From sequence record MN871453.1: 64,000 nt of DNA. The stretch is one strand, 5' to 3'. The notes beneath the pieces were generated by a model. The model was given only the letters and a program-made list of their open reading frames with translations, was not told the origin of the DNA and did no database searches. Position 1 is the first letter of the stretch, and each line of letters begins with the position of its first letter. Below, piece after piece: positions 19,097 through 28,409 of the stretch. Both the position numbers and the translations under genes were made by a program.

Positions 19097-19578
19097 GGTT
19101 TGTCCTCGAGATGAAAACGCAGTTTAAAGGTAGGGAACGGTGCAGGTTCATCTGAGTGAATGAGCGGTAACGAATCAATGATTTCGATCCTTACTGCTTT
19201 CAGATTAAACCCGATTAACACTTTAAAGTCCACTAAGGCATTAATAAAGGTGGCCGTAAAATCGGTCTTTAATACGGTATTAGAATTGTCAGGGTAAATC
19301 GTATCATTGACCAATATCTCAAATTCTCTTTCGACAGGTTCTTTTTGATCGGATGAATCCACAAGGCGTTTAACTGAGAGCAGATCGACTTTGGTCAACA
19401 CTTTATTTTCGGGGATAAGGTGTTTGAACTTCTTAATTCGATCGTCAGTAATAATCAGATCGAAGAACGGGTAATCGGCTGTTTCAGTTTGTTTTTCGAC
19501 CAGTCGCTGAATCTCTTTGACTTTAACAGTGTCGGAAGCCATACTCCCTAATACGCGTTTGATATCGTCAATTAACAC
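19072..19578 (-). CDS. hypothetical protein
   Basis: GTG start, AAGGAG RBS, follows early promoter 19613-19621. Confidence 0.7.
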   Translation of the reverse strand: MLIDDIKRVLGSMASDTVKVKEIQRLVEKQTETADYPFFDLIITDDRIKKFKHLIPENKVLTKVDLLSVKRLVDSSDQKEPVEREFEILVNDTIYPDNSNTVLKTDFTATFINALVDFKVLIGFNLKAVRIEIIDSLPLIHSDEPAPFPTFKLRFHLEDKPCNSSNVS

Positions 19579-19612
19579 GTTAGTCTCCTTTAGTAATAAT
19601 TGTTACATACTG

Positions 19613-19621
19613 GTGATATAG
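19613..19621 (-). promoter_or_regulatory. early promoter CTATATCAC-N5-TG
   Basis: Same motif, heads the operon with the HD gene and kptA. Confidence 0.8.
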
Positions 19622-19662
19622 ACTTGAAAACAAATCCAAAAGAAAAAAGAGAACATAGAACC

Positions 19663-19688
19663 TTCCTCTCTCCCGAAGGAGAGAGGAA
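19663..19688 (-). terminator. intrinsic terminator, UUCG loop
   Basis: ttcctctctcc/ggagagaggaa. Confidence 0.7.
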
Positions 19689-19696
19689 GCGTCAAA

Positions 19697-20101
19697 CTAT
19701 AGTTGCTGACCCATGGCAGCCGCTACAATCACTGCAACGAAGATCGAAACAACGCCGGAAAGAATATACCAGACAAACCACAGGCGGGAGTTACCGTTGC
19801 GGTTTTGGCGTTTATAGACATAAACCGGAGAGAGCAGCCACCACCAACCCGATGGGACAAAGGCCCCTTCTTTCTTCAGCATTTCACGGTCGGTGATGAA
19901 CCAACCCGTAAACAGCATCAGTGAGATCAGCCAGCCAATGGTTGGTAAGGCGACCTGAATCGCAGTGAAGATCGGCTGTGAGAAAATGATGAAAAGCATG
20001 AAGAACGGCGTCATCAGCTGAGGCTTAGTGCCTTTCTTGAAGAAAGTGTAACCGTTCGCGTTTTGGTATTGGATTTCTGTTTCAATAGTGTTCTGGGACA
20101 T
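19697..20101 (-). CDS. inner-membrane protein, monocistronic
   Basis: About three TM segments; PSGWWWLLSPVYVYKR; own promoter and UUCG terminator. Confidence 0.75.
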   Translation of the reverse strand: MSQNTIETEIQYQNANGYTFFKKGTKPQLMTPFFMLFIIFSQPIFTAIQVALPTIGWLISLMLFTGWFITDREMLKKEGAFVPSGWWWLLSPVYVYKRQNRNGNSRLWFVWYILSGVVSIFVAVIVAAAMGQQL

Positions 20102-20172
20102 TTTATTACTCGCTTAGTTAAAGGTTGTTGTTAAATGATTTTACAAGACTTATCTGTCGTATATGCAATCAA

Positions 20173-20181
20173 GTGATATAG
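20173..20181 (-). promoter_or_regulatory. early promoter CTATATCAC-N5-TG
   Basis: Same motif, upstream of 19697-20101. Confidence 0.8.
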
Positions 20182-20184
20182 ATG

Positions 20185-20736
20185 TTAAATTATTTCGATA
20201 TTGAAAGCGGGTTCTGGAATGCCTTTAAAAGCACATTCGTTACTGACGAGCTCACTCAGACCGCCACCGATATAAACATCTTTAAGTCCGCGTTTGCTGT
20301 AAGTACGTTTGCCGATGGGACTTTCTGCGGAGCAATCGTTCCGGAAAAGAAGATAAATTCTTTGCCCATCAAAATCGGTGTAGATTGAATAATCAGTAAC
20401 ATCTTCTTGTTCGCCAGGTTCAGCAAAACAAAAATCAATAACGTTCGCGGAGAGTAGCCAGAAAAACCGAAGGTATTCCCGTAACAGATCGATTTGAATG
20501 ACAGAGAACTCGCCGCCTTTGTTAATTTTTTCTATCATCTCTTTAACCGGAACTTCAGAAGAGGGCGAACCAACACCGTGAAGATCTCCTAGGATTTCCC
20601 ACGCTGGATCGTTATCCCGTTGAACAAAAAGAAACTCTCCGCTTTTCTCGTCATACATCACCGACGCCAACTCGGATTCGAGAAGTTTTAACCCTGCACG
20701 GTAATTCTCAATTAAAGAAGTTTCTGTGTTTTCCAT
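20185..20736 (-). CDS. hypothetical protein
   Basis: ORF in operon. Confidence 0.65.
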   Translation of the reverse strand: MENTETSLIENYRAGLKLLESELASVMYDEKSGEFLFVQRDNDPAWEILGDLHGVGSPSSEVPVKEMIEKINKGGEFSVIQIDLLREYLRFFWLLSANVIDFCFAEPGEQEDVTDYSIYTDFDGQRIYLLFRNDCSAESPIGKRTYSKRGLKDVYIGGGLSELVSNECAFKGIPEPAFNIEII

Positions 20737-21165
20737 TTAAAATACCTCTATTTGCAAAAAGTTTTGATGGGGATTGACTTCTAGTTCAAACTGAACATCG
20801 TCATCTGAGATGTAACTTCCAAGATCAATTTTCTCAAAGAAAAATCGATAGATCGTTGGCCACCCACAATAAACATCGATATGTTGAGAAAACTTCTCAA
20901 AGACCTCGTATAACCTTTCGCCTTCATCAGGCCCTATTTTCTTAGTTTCATCATCGAAATAAGACGGTTCGATAAATTGATGATAGGCTTGCTCTGAAAA
21001 CGCCTGATGTAAAATTTTCCCCGCATACTTTGAATCTGCGTTTTCAGCGGTGCAAATGACAGCCCAGAAAAGGGCTGTCATGACGTAAATGCGGTCATCA
21101 GGATCTTTGATCTTCCGCAGACCCATCGAGAGTCTCTCCGGAATCCCCAAAATGAACGTTCCCAT
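20737..21165 (-). CDS. hypothetical protein
   Basis: ORF in operon. Confidence 0.65.
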   Translation of the reverse strand: MGTFILGIPERLSMGLRKIKDPDDRIYVMTALFWAVICTAENADSKYAGKILHQAFSEQAYHQFIEPSYFDDETKKIGPDEGERLYEVFEKFSQHIDVYCGWPTIYRFFFEKIDLGSYISDDDVQFELEVNPHQNFLQIEVF

Positions 21166-22303
21166 CTTTTTCCTTTATCCTCATGATAAACGAGTAGCAA
21201 TAACTGATCTTTCTGCCAAATCTCCGGAGATGATCACGGTCTAAAGAGTCAGTCACGTTAGGAATCAAACCCGTGGACAAGAAACTTTCGTCAAAAATTT
21301 CTACGTCTTTACCGTAATCAGAAAAGAAACCACGGAGATTGACTTCGAGACGCTCGATCAAACGAGTTATGTCTAGTTCAACTTCCGGTATCGTTAATCT
21401 AAGGTTGAGAACAAAGTCATTTTTGTCCAGCGTTAAAGAAGCATCGAGTACAAAAGATTGATCCATTGTTAAATCGATAATCGATTGACCTTTTAATTCC
21501 ATAACGGAAATGTTCTGTAACGTTGTCTCAGAAAGGTAGTCCGAGATTTTCCGCGAGAAAAAGCCGATGCTATCGACGTACTCTTTTTCCAACTTCCTCT
21601 TCATTTCGTTGGTGAATGACAAAAGTTGATGATAAACCTCTACCGGTTTTCCTTTTGCCGAGAATTTATTTACGTCAGCATCAGGTAAACAAAAGATGAT
21701 TTCCTCGGACTTTTCATCTCTGCTGGAAAAAATGTCCCAGGGGGAATTAAGGGTAACATACCCAAGATCGTTGGACAGCGTATCTGTTATCCACTTTTTC
21801 CAATGCCATTCAATGGCAGAGCTATTCTGATCGTTAATAGACGATCGAATAATGGTTCGGATATCCGAACCATTCAGACCCGGGAAAGACTGAGTAACCT
21901 GAATCCTAATCGCATCTTCCCATTCCCATCCAAACATAGGGATTTCTACCGTAATACGCCACAGACCCATGAAATCCCGCGTCAATGAAAACTTTACACT
22001 GTTTTCTGGGAAAATTGAGTCCGCTTCATTTCTCAGTAAGATTCCCTCCTTCGTCGTTTGAACAAGCATATTTTGACTACCCGATAATAGCTCACGTAAC
22101 AAAGTTAAAGACTCTTCGCCGGGATAAAGTTGTTTTGCCATTTCTTCTTGGATTTCGTTTACTTTCTCCTTGACCAAATTGTCATCGATCACCGAGTAAG
22201 AATGGGAAGACTTTCCTTTATTTTTTACTAAAACAAAATAGATCGAAGTCACGCCAGCGCCAATTAATACCAAGACCCCTAACGCAAAAAGAATATCAGT
22301 CAT
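21098..22303 (-). CDS. membrane-anchored hypothetical protein
   Basis: Start reassigned to MTDILFALGVL; N-terminal TM. Confidence 0.65.
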   Translation of the reverse strand: MTDILFALGVLVLIGAGVTSIYFVLVKNKGKSSHSYSVIDDNLVKEKVNEIQEEMAKQLYPGEESLTLLRELLSGSQNMLVQTTKEGILLRNEADSIFPENSVKFSLTRDFMGLWRITVEIPMFGWEWEDAIRIQVTQSFPGLNGSDIRTIIRSSINDQNSSAIEWHWKKWITDTLSNDLGYVTLNSPWDIFSSRDEKSEEIIFCLPDADVNKFSAKGKPVEVYHQLLSFTNEMKRKLEKEYVDSIGFFSRKISDYLSETTLQNISVMELKGQSIIDLTMDQSFVLDASLTLDKNDFVLNLRLTIPEVELDITRLIERLEVNLRGFFSDYGKDVEIFDESFLSTGLIPNVTDSLDRDHLRRFGRKISYCYSFIMRIKEKDGNVHFGDSGETLDGSAEDQRS

Positions 22304-22487
22304 TTGCTTTACCTTTTGAGAATTCAACGAATTCACCCGCGAACTGAATCAGCTCAGCACCGTTCGGTTGAGTATCGGTATTTAACATACCGGCTGCGAC
22401 GAGGACATCGTATAATGCCTCGGCTAATAACTGACGCTGATGAAAAACATCAGCAGGATCATTATCGGGCAGATAGACTTTAGACAT
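22296..22487 (-). CDS. hypothetical protein
   Basis: GGAGAAG RBS. Confidence 0.65.
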   Translation of the reverse strand: MSKVYLPDNDPADVFHQRQLLAEALYDVLVAAGMLNTDTQPNGAELIQFAGEFVEFSKGKAND

Positions 22488-22507
22488 GTTAAACTTCTCC
22501 AGTATTG

Positions 22508-22912
22508 TTAGTGTTTATTGTTCACTACCACCGAGGCTTTCTCGGGGTCTGTGTCGTGCGCCAAAGAAATGTTTCCCAGCTCTTCACGGAAGGCGTAGTT
22601 CAGGATTGTCGTTGTTGCGTCATTTTGGGTGATATCTACCACACCGCTTTTCTCGTTCTGACTTTGGATCGTTAAATCAATACTTTCCCATTCAACGATA
22701 TCCAATTCACGATTAGACGACAAGAACCAAACGTTATCGCCTACAGCCTCTTCATTGTCCATGAAAACGGCCAGGTAACGTTCACCGGGAACTAAGTGAG
22801 TGAAACGATCGCTGGCAATCCAGAAGGGGATGAGCACATTACCAAATTTCAAGACAAGATTGGCCTGCTCGCCTTTGTCATTGAGGGGGACTTCGTTAGG
22901 GTTCAGTTCCAT
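22508..22912 (-). CDS. hypothetical protein
   Basis: Start reassigned to MELNPNE. Confidence 0.6.
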   Translation of the reverse strand: MELNPNEVPLNDKGEQANLVLKFGNVLIPFWIASDRFTHLVPGERYLAVFMDNEEAVGDNVWFLSSNRELDIVEWESIDLTIQSQNEKSGVVDITQNDATTTILNYAFREELGNISLAHDTDPEKASVVVNNKH

Positions 22913-22913
22913 T

Positions 22914-23831
22914 TTATTCTCCCCCAAAAGATTGTTGTATGGCAGTACGAACATCAATAGTTGGGAGAGGAATGATTACATCCCAATTTAAATCGGGTCG
23001 TACGGCAATGAACGCACTACGGCGTTTCTGTAGCTCTACTTTTAAAAGATCGTCATCTTTAAAAAGGTATCCCTTCTCTAAGAGATCAAAGACTTCTATT
23101 TCACCTACGCCGAATTCATCGACCAAAGCCCAGAATACCTCATAGCCTTTTACAGATAACCATCCGCCCGCTGACCCGCCATGTTCCTCCCAATCTAAAT
23201 TACCAAGCTGATAAGCCACCCAAAAATAAACCGGCTGAGGTAATCTCGCCCAGATCACCCCTCGTTTTTCATAAAGGTCTGTTGTATCCGTTTTAGTAGG
23301 GGAGACAGCACGTTTACGTAAAGCGAGATGGGTCATGAATTTGAATAAGAACCACTTACTATTACGTTTAGCGGCATCTGGGATACTGAGAGTTGAGGTG
23401 AAATCCCCGGGGACTTCGTCGTCGCCGTCCGGACAGATCTCAATATGTTTTTCGACAAAAAGTATCGTGAGTTTACCCAAATTTGTTAAGTTCCCTTCGG
23501 GGGTAATAATACCCTGACGAATCGCTGTTTCCGTGAAAAACTCCACGCCACCAGGGTACCCCATGTAATCCTTTTTTGTCCCTGACACAACAGCATTAAT
23601 CTGAGCTAACCAAAATACTTGTGCCTCGAAAGGCATACCGCAACCGCAAAAGCCGAGAACGTCGTAAAGGAAGTACTGCTTAGCATCGTCTAAAACTGTT
23701 TCCACTCCGTTAAGAATAATGGGGGAATTATCTCCCCAATCCTCTTTTAGTTCGAAAGTTGGCGTTTCCAGCAATGGAATAATTGGATTTTTGCCACGGA
23801 TATTGCCATATTTAATTTCAATACTTTCCAT
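22914..23831 (-). CDS. hypothetical protein
   Basis: GFCGCG and EHGGSAGGWLSVKG motifs seen in phage hypotheticals. Confidence 0.65.
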   Translation of the reverse strand: MESIEIKYGNIRGKNPIIPLLETPTFELKEDWGDNSPIILNGVETVLDDAKQYFLYDVLGFCGCGMPFEAQVFWLAQINAVVSGTKKDYMGYPGGVEFFTETAIRQGIITPEGNLTNLGKLTILFVEKHIEICPDGDDEVPGDFTSTLSIPDAAKRNSKWFLFKFMTHLALRKRAVSPTKTDTTDLYEKRGVIWARLPQPVYFWVAYQLGNLDWEEHGGSAGGWLSVKGYEVFWALVDEFGVGEIEVFDLLEKGYLFKDDDLLKVELQKRRSAFIAVRPDLNWDVIIPLPTIDVRTAIQQSFGGE

Positions 23832-23841
23832 CTTTTTTTCC

Positions 23842-24198
23842 TCAGTGCAGTTTTCTTTTATCTTCTTCGGTCAACCTATACCGCATCTTGATAGGTGGGT
23901 CATTATTGAATAAGGCGTCTAGCGTCACCGTTGTTTCGTCTTTATCCGTGACCCGAACCCATGTGAAAATATATTCCGAATCAGACTCGTTGATATATTT
24001 TAACACTCGCGCCATAAAGGGCATTTCAAGGTCTTCGTCACAAAACATCGGATTGATGTAAACTCCTATCGAAAGAGGGTCCTTTAAACGGGATAACAGG
24101 TAAACTTTCCCTATTTCCATTCCGGACGGACCGCCTTCCACGGGGTAAAAGTTGACATCGCCAACGTTGGATTTTAACACCATAATTGCTTCGCGCAT
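23842..24198 (-). CDS. hypothetical protein
   Basis: GGAGGG RBS. Confidence 0.65.
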   Translation of the reverse strand: MREAIMVLKSNVGDVNFYPVEGGPSGMEIGKVYLLSRLKDPLSIGVYINPMFCDEDLEMPFMARVLKYINESDSEYIFTWVRVTDKDETTVTLDALFNNDPPIKMRYRLTEEDKRKLH

Positions 24199-24245
24199 AA
24201 ATTAAACCCTCCTTTCATTCAGAGCAATTGACGAGAAAATAAAAA

Positions 24246-24267
24246 AGGAGAGGCAAAAGCCTCTCCT
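24246..24267 (-). terminator. intrinsic terminator
   Basis: aggagaggc/gcctctcct + U tract. Confidence 0.7.
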
Positions 24268-24272
24268 CTCAT

Positions 24273-24560
24273 TTAATGTCTTTTTTGCCGTATCCAAAGA
24301 TTCTTAGTTGGAATCCAGATAGCAACAATTTCCCCATGAACATGTTTAACGCGCGCCCCTTCTGGCCATCTGGGAATTACTTTTGTAATCTCTTCAACTT
24401 CATGATACCAAAGACGATCAGGCAAAGTAAAAGCCAAAACACGCAAGTAACCGTACTTCATGGAACTTTCTTTACCGTCTATGACCATTTCGATCCACTT
24501 CCCGGAATGTTCATAACTTTCAAGAATTCCTATTTTTTCTACGGAATCAGAATCGCTCAT
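24273..24560 (-). CDS. hypothetical protein
   Basis: GAGGTG RBS. Confidence 0.65.
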   Translation of the reverse strand: MSDSDSVEKIGILESYEHSGKWIEMVIDGKESSMKYGYLRVLAFTLPDRLWYHEVEEITKVIPRWPEGARVKHVHGEIVAIWIPTKNLWIRQKRH

Positions 24561-24572
24561 TTACACCTCTGG

Positions 24573-25013
24573 CTATTTTTCAGGCGGTAGGCCGTTATTA
24601 AAACGGTTCGCTTCCATCACCGGGAGATTCGCTTCTGTCGGGACGTAAATCACTTGGTTCTTAGTTTGCTGTAAGCTATCTACCCAAAGGTAACGGAGAT
24701 ACGCTTCGTTGTTCTTCAAGCTGTCACCAATGATCTTGTTCGCCTTGGCGACACCGCCTGCACGAATAACCTCTGCCTCCGCCAAACTTTTAGCGGACTC
24801 TTTCTTAGCCTCTGCTTCCTGTACGGCGATCTGACGATCCTGCGTGGCTTTCATCAGAGCGGCTTTCCCTGCCATCCCCTGCTGCCAAACATTGTAGTAC
24901 GGGCACCCCGCCATCAGCAGCACTATAAACGCAACAATGCCGATGGCCGCCCATTTACCCACCTTCTTTAATAACGACTTTACGTCGAAATCATTATCAG
25001 CGTAACGATTCAT
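24573..25013 (-). CDS. membrane-anchored coiled-coil protein (SPFH/prohibitin C-terminal-like)
   Basis: TM, then AEAKKESAKSLAEAEVIRA.G.A.AN..I..SL...YLRY...IYVPTEANLP. Confidence 0.65.
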   Translation of the reverse strand: MNRYADNDFDVKSLLKKVGKWAAIGIVAFIVLLMAGCPYYNVWQQGMAGKAALMKATQDRQIAVQEAEAKKESAKSLAEAEVIRAGGVAKANKIIGDSLKNNEAYLRYLWVDSLQQTKNQVIYVPTEANLPVMEANRFNNGLPPEK

Positions 25014-25044
25014 TTCTATTTCCTATTTTTTTAAACCAGTAAAC

Positions 25045-25734
25045 TTATTTGTTGGTTTTGGTGATATACCACTTCCAAAGGCCGTAGAAAGCATTCATCA
25101 AGAATACTGCCCACTGTGCCACCTGCGCCCATGAACCCGGTTGATTAAGCGCTGGGATCACCCACAGATAAATCGTGACGCAGTTGATAATTATCCAGAG
25201 AATCCATTGCTCTGGCTGCTGTTTAATCATCATCCACATGGCGATGAGCGATGCGACTAAGCAGAATGCGTCTAAAGCAGGAAACGGATCCTGTGTCGTT
25301 TTCAGGTATTCGGTCAGACCATACCAGAAGATAACCCCAACAACCAGATAAGTTATCACGTCACGTAAAGTGATCGTTTTAACCGCTACGTCAGCTTTGG
25401 CTGGAGTTTTGCCCAGGTCTTTCGTCCAGTAATAAATACCGATAAACTGCATGGGAAGGTAAATAGCGTTCAACGCCGCATTGGCATAAAGGCCGGTATT
25501 GTACGAAACAATACCGTAGGTAATTACGCCAATCGTCCCCCAGTAATAATTAGAGACGCGACCCTTCGCCACCAGAATCACGCAGACAACGTTGGTTAGC
25601 GCTGCCGTGAATTCTAACGGACTGGCTTGCCAGCTCCCCAATCCGACGACGATTAACGCTACGATCAGCCAAAAGTATTCGACTTTCTTCCAGTGCGCAA
25701 AGTCAGTGAAAGTTTTCATTACCAATGAGTTCAT
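25045..25734 (-). CDS. pnuC: nicotinamide riboside transporter PnuC
   Basis: LVAKGRVSNYYWG, G...W, PALDAF...SLIAMW.M.K...EQW..W, multi-TM. Confidence 0.92.
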   Translation of the reverse strand: MNSLVMKTFTDFAHWKKVEYFWLIVALIVVGLGSWQASPLEFTAALTNVVCVILVAKGRVSNYYWGTIGVITYGIVSYNTGLYANAALNAIYLPMQFIGIYYWTKDLGKTPAKADVAVKTITLRDVITYLVVGVIFWYGLTEYLKTTQDPFPALDAFCLVASLIAMWMMIKQQPEQWILWIIINCVTIYLWVIPALNQPGSWAQVAQWAVFLMNAFYGLWKWYITKTNK

Positions 25735-25874
25735 CTATTAAATCCTTCGAGAAAAGTTGAGATGTAACTTGCGGATCTCAGATTAAGTTTGTCGCCAAAT
25801 ACAGCGTGGTAAAAGCGATAATTATCGCCTAATATCCGCTTTATTTTGCGTTGCGTACGACGTTGTTGAGTCAT
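25731..25874 (-). CDS. 47-aa basic protein between nadR and pnuC (absent from ORF track)
   Basis: Hand-translated MTQQRRTQRKIKRILGDNYRFYHAVFGDKLNLRSASYISTFLEGFNR; fills the gap exactly; ATGA overlap with pnuC start. Confidence 0.65.
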   Translation of the reverse strand: MTQQRRTQRKIKRILGDNYRFYHAVFGDKLNLRSASYISTFLEGFNR

Positions 25875-25877
25875 GAA

Positions 25878-27089
25878 TCATCCACCCCAATCAGCGGGGT
25901 TCTGATGAGAACCAGCCTCGATGCTTTCTACCATACTCCAATCTTTATCAAAGTTACTACCGCTTACAGCAGGAGGGAACTTATTTGGAATTTCCGGAGC
26001 GCTCTGGCCGGCAGTGCCGTTACCGGATAACAAGTTATCAACCGCTTCACGTGATTGATCTAAACGACCTTTGTAAGAGTCCCCTTTAATGAATACAGTG
26101 CGTCCCCATGGTGTTTGGTTTTTAAATTCCCAAAGCATTTGTTGGAAGAGACCGTCTGTTTTCTCGCGGTCAGGATTCAGCCGAAGACCGTCATCGACCC
26201 ATGGTACTTCCGGCGAAAGAATCAACACGAGATCGTAATGTTCTTCAGCCGCGATAGCAGAAACAATAGGGTTAGGTTTACCCTCGTACAGCCGATGGTA
26301 ATATTCCGTAATGAAGGCGTTCGTATCGATGAAACAGAGTCGATTAGAAGTACGTAATGCTTCCTCCTCCAGCTCTTTGTGACGATACGCAATCAACGGG
26401 TAGTCAGAACTACGGAGAGTCGCTTCCGAACCCGCTAAGACCGTTTCACAGTACGTACGACCGTACTCTTCAACCCAGCTGGTATTGTAGAGTTTGGCAA
26501 GGTTCTTGACGAGGGAACTTTTCCCAGAACTCTCAACACCTAATACGACCACCCGCAAACAATAATCTTTACGGACAATACTCGGGAGATATTCCCAATG
26601 GTCGTAAAGGTTTTCACGGATCATGGTCGCAGAGATGGGGACGCGGGTACGATTGCTGTCAACGATAACGTGTTCTACAAAACCAAGGTGCGTTTTGTAT
26701 TTTTCATCGTAATCCAGCTCGCTACTGAAAATAGCAATGCTCTGCGCCTGACTGTGGTTAGCTGCCAATCTACCCGCCTCGTTGAAAATCTTAGCGCCGA
26801 GCAGAGCAGCATATTCTTTCCAACCGTTAGGGTATTCCGGTACAGAAGCCTCGTCAATGAAATCGATCGTGACGTGTTCTGTATCCGCGTAAGTTTGTTG
26901 CAGCCAGCGCAGACGATTTTTGAAGTTGAGTACCTTTTGGTCTCGTGGCGATTGTTTATCCAGCCAACGTTGGTCGTGGGAAAGAATGACGAGGACATGC
27001 TTAGACTGCACAGCAGCCTCTGTGATTAAGTTGATGTGCCCCAACGTAAGGGGCGCGAATTTACCGATTACTACGCCTAAGTCAAACAT
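25878..27089 (-). CDS. nadR: NadR-type NMN adenylyltransferase / nicotinamide riboside kinase, no HTH
   Basis: GKFAPLTLGH, SATMIR, GVESSGKS, EYGRTY, WVDDGLR. Confidence 0.93.
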   Translation of the reverse strand: MFDLGVVIGKFAPLTLGHINLITEAAVQSKHVLVILSHDQRWLDKQSPRDQKVLNFKNRLRWLQQTYADTEHVTIDFIDEASVPEYPNGWKEYAALLGAKIFNEAGRLAANHSQAQSIAIFSSELDYDEKYKTHLGFVEHVIVDSNRTRVPISATMIRENLYDHWEYLPSIVRKDYCLRVVVLGVESSGKSSLVKNLAKLYNTSWVEEYGRTYCETVLAGSEATLRSSDYPLIAYRHKELEEEALRTSNRLCFIDTNAFITEYYHRLYEGKPNPIVSAIAAEEHYDLVLILSPEVPWVDDGLRLNPDREKTDGLFQQMLWEFKNQTPWGRTVFIKGDSYKGRLDQSREAVDNLLSGNGTAGQSAPEIPNKFPPAVSGSNFDKDWSMVESIEAGSHQNPADWGG

Positions 27090-27107
27090 CTGATATACCC
27101 TTCCTTA

Positions 27108-27422
27108 TTAGCCTACGAAATGGTGATAAAGACGATGCAAGTCCCAGCCCTTATGATTCATCGCATTGAAGCCCTGTTCATTCTTGACCACCACCTTGAC
27201 GGCGTAGTCTTCCATCAGAAGGAAATCCCGTCCTGACTTAGAATGAATATCGCCATCGTAGACCGGACCATCTACAATCAGCTGGTTCATCGTGCCGATA
27301 ACATGGCCAACGTCGTTCCGCTCGAGTAACATCGTCACGGTTTTCTCTAACTCGGCAGCGTACGCCATATCTGCTTCTTCATCGGCATCTAAACCACAAA
27401 TCTCAATAATTTGATTCAACAT
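27108..27422 (-). CDS. hypothetical protein
   Basis: ORF in operon. Confidence 0.65.
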   Translation of the reverse strand: MLNQIIEICGLDADEEADMAYAAELEKTVTMLLERNDVGHVIGTMNQLIVDGPVYDGDIHSKSGRDFLLMEDYAVKVVVKNEQGFNAMNHKGWDLHRLYHHFVG

Positions 27423-27435
27423 GCTTTAGTTTCCT

Positions 27436-27828
27436 TTATTCGGTCCAGGGACGGAAAGTCCATGTACGGACTTTGTATTTACGGTTATCAAAACGACGGC
27501 TACGGATATAAACCTCTACAGTTAAACTCGTTGCCGTTGGGGTGAGAAAAACAACCAGGTGTGCGGGTTCGTACTGGTACACCTCCGCTAAAGAAACAAA
27601 CGCCGAGAACGGCAGACTTTTCTTTTCAGCGGAACGGAGATTCCGATAGAGCAGTTTCACTGCGCGTTTAGCGAACACCTGGTCGTGGTAACTGGCGTGA
27701 CGGAGACTTTTCCGATTAGCATTTAGCTTCATCAGAAACAAACGCTTCTCCGCCCATGGGAGGTAATAGCTCAAACTGATCCCTGCCCCAGAAAACAATA
27801 TTACTGATAGTGTTTTCATTAACGCCAT
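27436..27828 (-). CDS. membrane-anchored hypothetical protein
   Basis: N-terminal hydrophobic segment. Confidence 0.6.
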   Translation of the reverse strand: MALMKTLSVILFSGAGISLSYYLPWAEKRLFLMKLNANRKSLRHASYHDQVFAKRAVKLLYRNLRSAEKKSLPFSAFVSLAEVYQYEPAHLVVFLTPTATSLTVEVYIRSRRFDNRKYKVRTWTFRPWTE

Positions 27829-27841
27829 TAATTTTCTTCTC

Positions 27842-28084
27842 CTATCGTATATCGTTGTTGTCTTTCTTGAACGGGTTATAGATGTTCAGGTACCAAACCA
27901 ACCCGACGAATATTCCGATGCAGATAAAAGGCCATGCAATACCAATTGTCAAGACCTTCCAGATCTCCATACGGAGGACGACTCGGCGATACTTGGGGTT
28001 AACAATTGGTTTCCACACGATCATCAGAAACACAACCGCCCAGAGCGCCCCGCCGGCAGATACTAACATTCCCGCTGTACTCAT
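27842..28084 (-). CDS. small two-TM membrane protein
   Basis: Two hydrophobic segments; WP motif. Confidence 0.65.
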   Translation of the reverse strand: MSTAGMLVSAGGALWAVVFLMIVWKPIVNPKYRRVVLRMEIWKVLTIGIAWPFICIGIFVGLVWYLNIYNPFKKDNNDIR

Positions 28085-28395
28085 GACTTCACACCTACCG
28101 TTAAAAGGAGGGTTCGTAGGTAATCCGCATCCGGGTTGAGTACAACGCTGAACCGATTGTTGTCGTGAACCAGAATCAAATCACCGGGATAAAGAACTGC
28201 GGTGTGATTTCCGTCGTACACGAAATTCAAGGTCGCGTAATCTAACGCGTCTTGCTCAGGAAGCCGTGGCGTGACGGGTGGTTCATTCAGGATATCGGCG
28301 GCGGGGTCGCCTGCCAGGATACGTAAGAACCCGTTGTACTCGGTCGGGACAATAGGGAGTTCCACATATTTCAATTCAATCACGTGCGTTAACAT
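28081..28395 (-). CDS. hypothetical protein
   Basis: ORF in operon. Confidence 0.65.
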   Translation of the reverse strand: MLTHVIELKYVELPIVPTEYNGFLRILAGDPAADILNEPPVTPRLPEQDALDYATLNFVYDGNHTAVLYPGDLILVHDNNRFSVVLNPDADYLRTLLLTVGVKS

Positions 28396-28409
28396 GATTC
28401 ACCTGCCTT

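Noticed and set aside
25061-25068. TATATCAC on the minus strand at the end of pnuC as an early promoter
   Set aside because: Lacks the leading C and the N5-TG present in all six accepted copies
25735-25877. NAD-sensing riboswitch upstream of pnuC
   Set aside because: The gap is fully explained by a 47-aa coupled ORF; no convincing NAD-II motif on the coding strand
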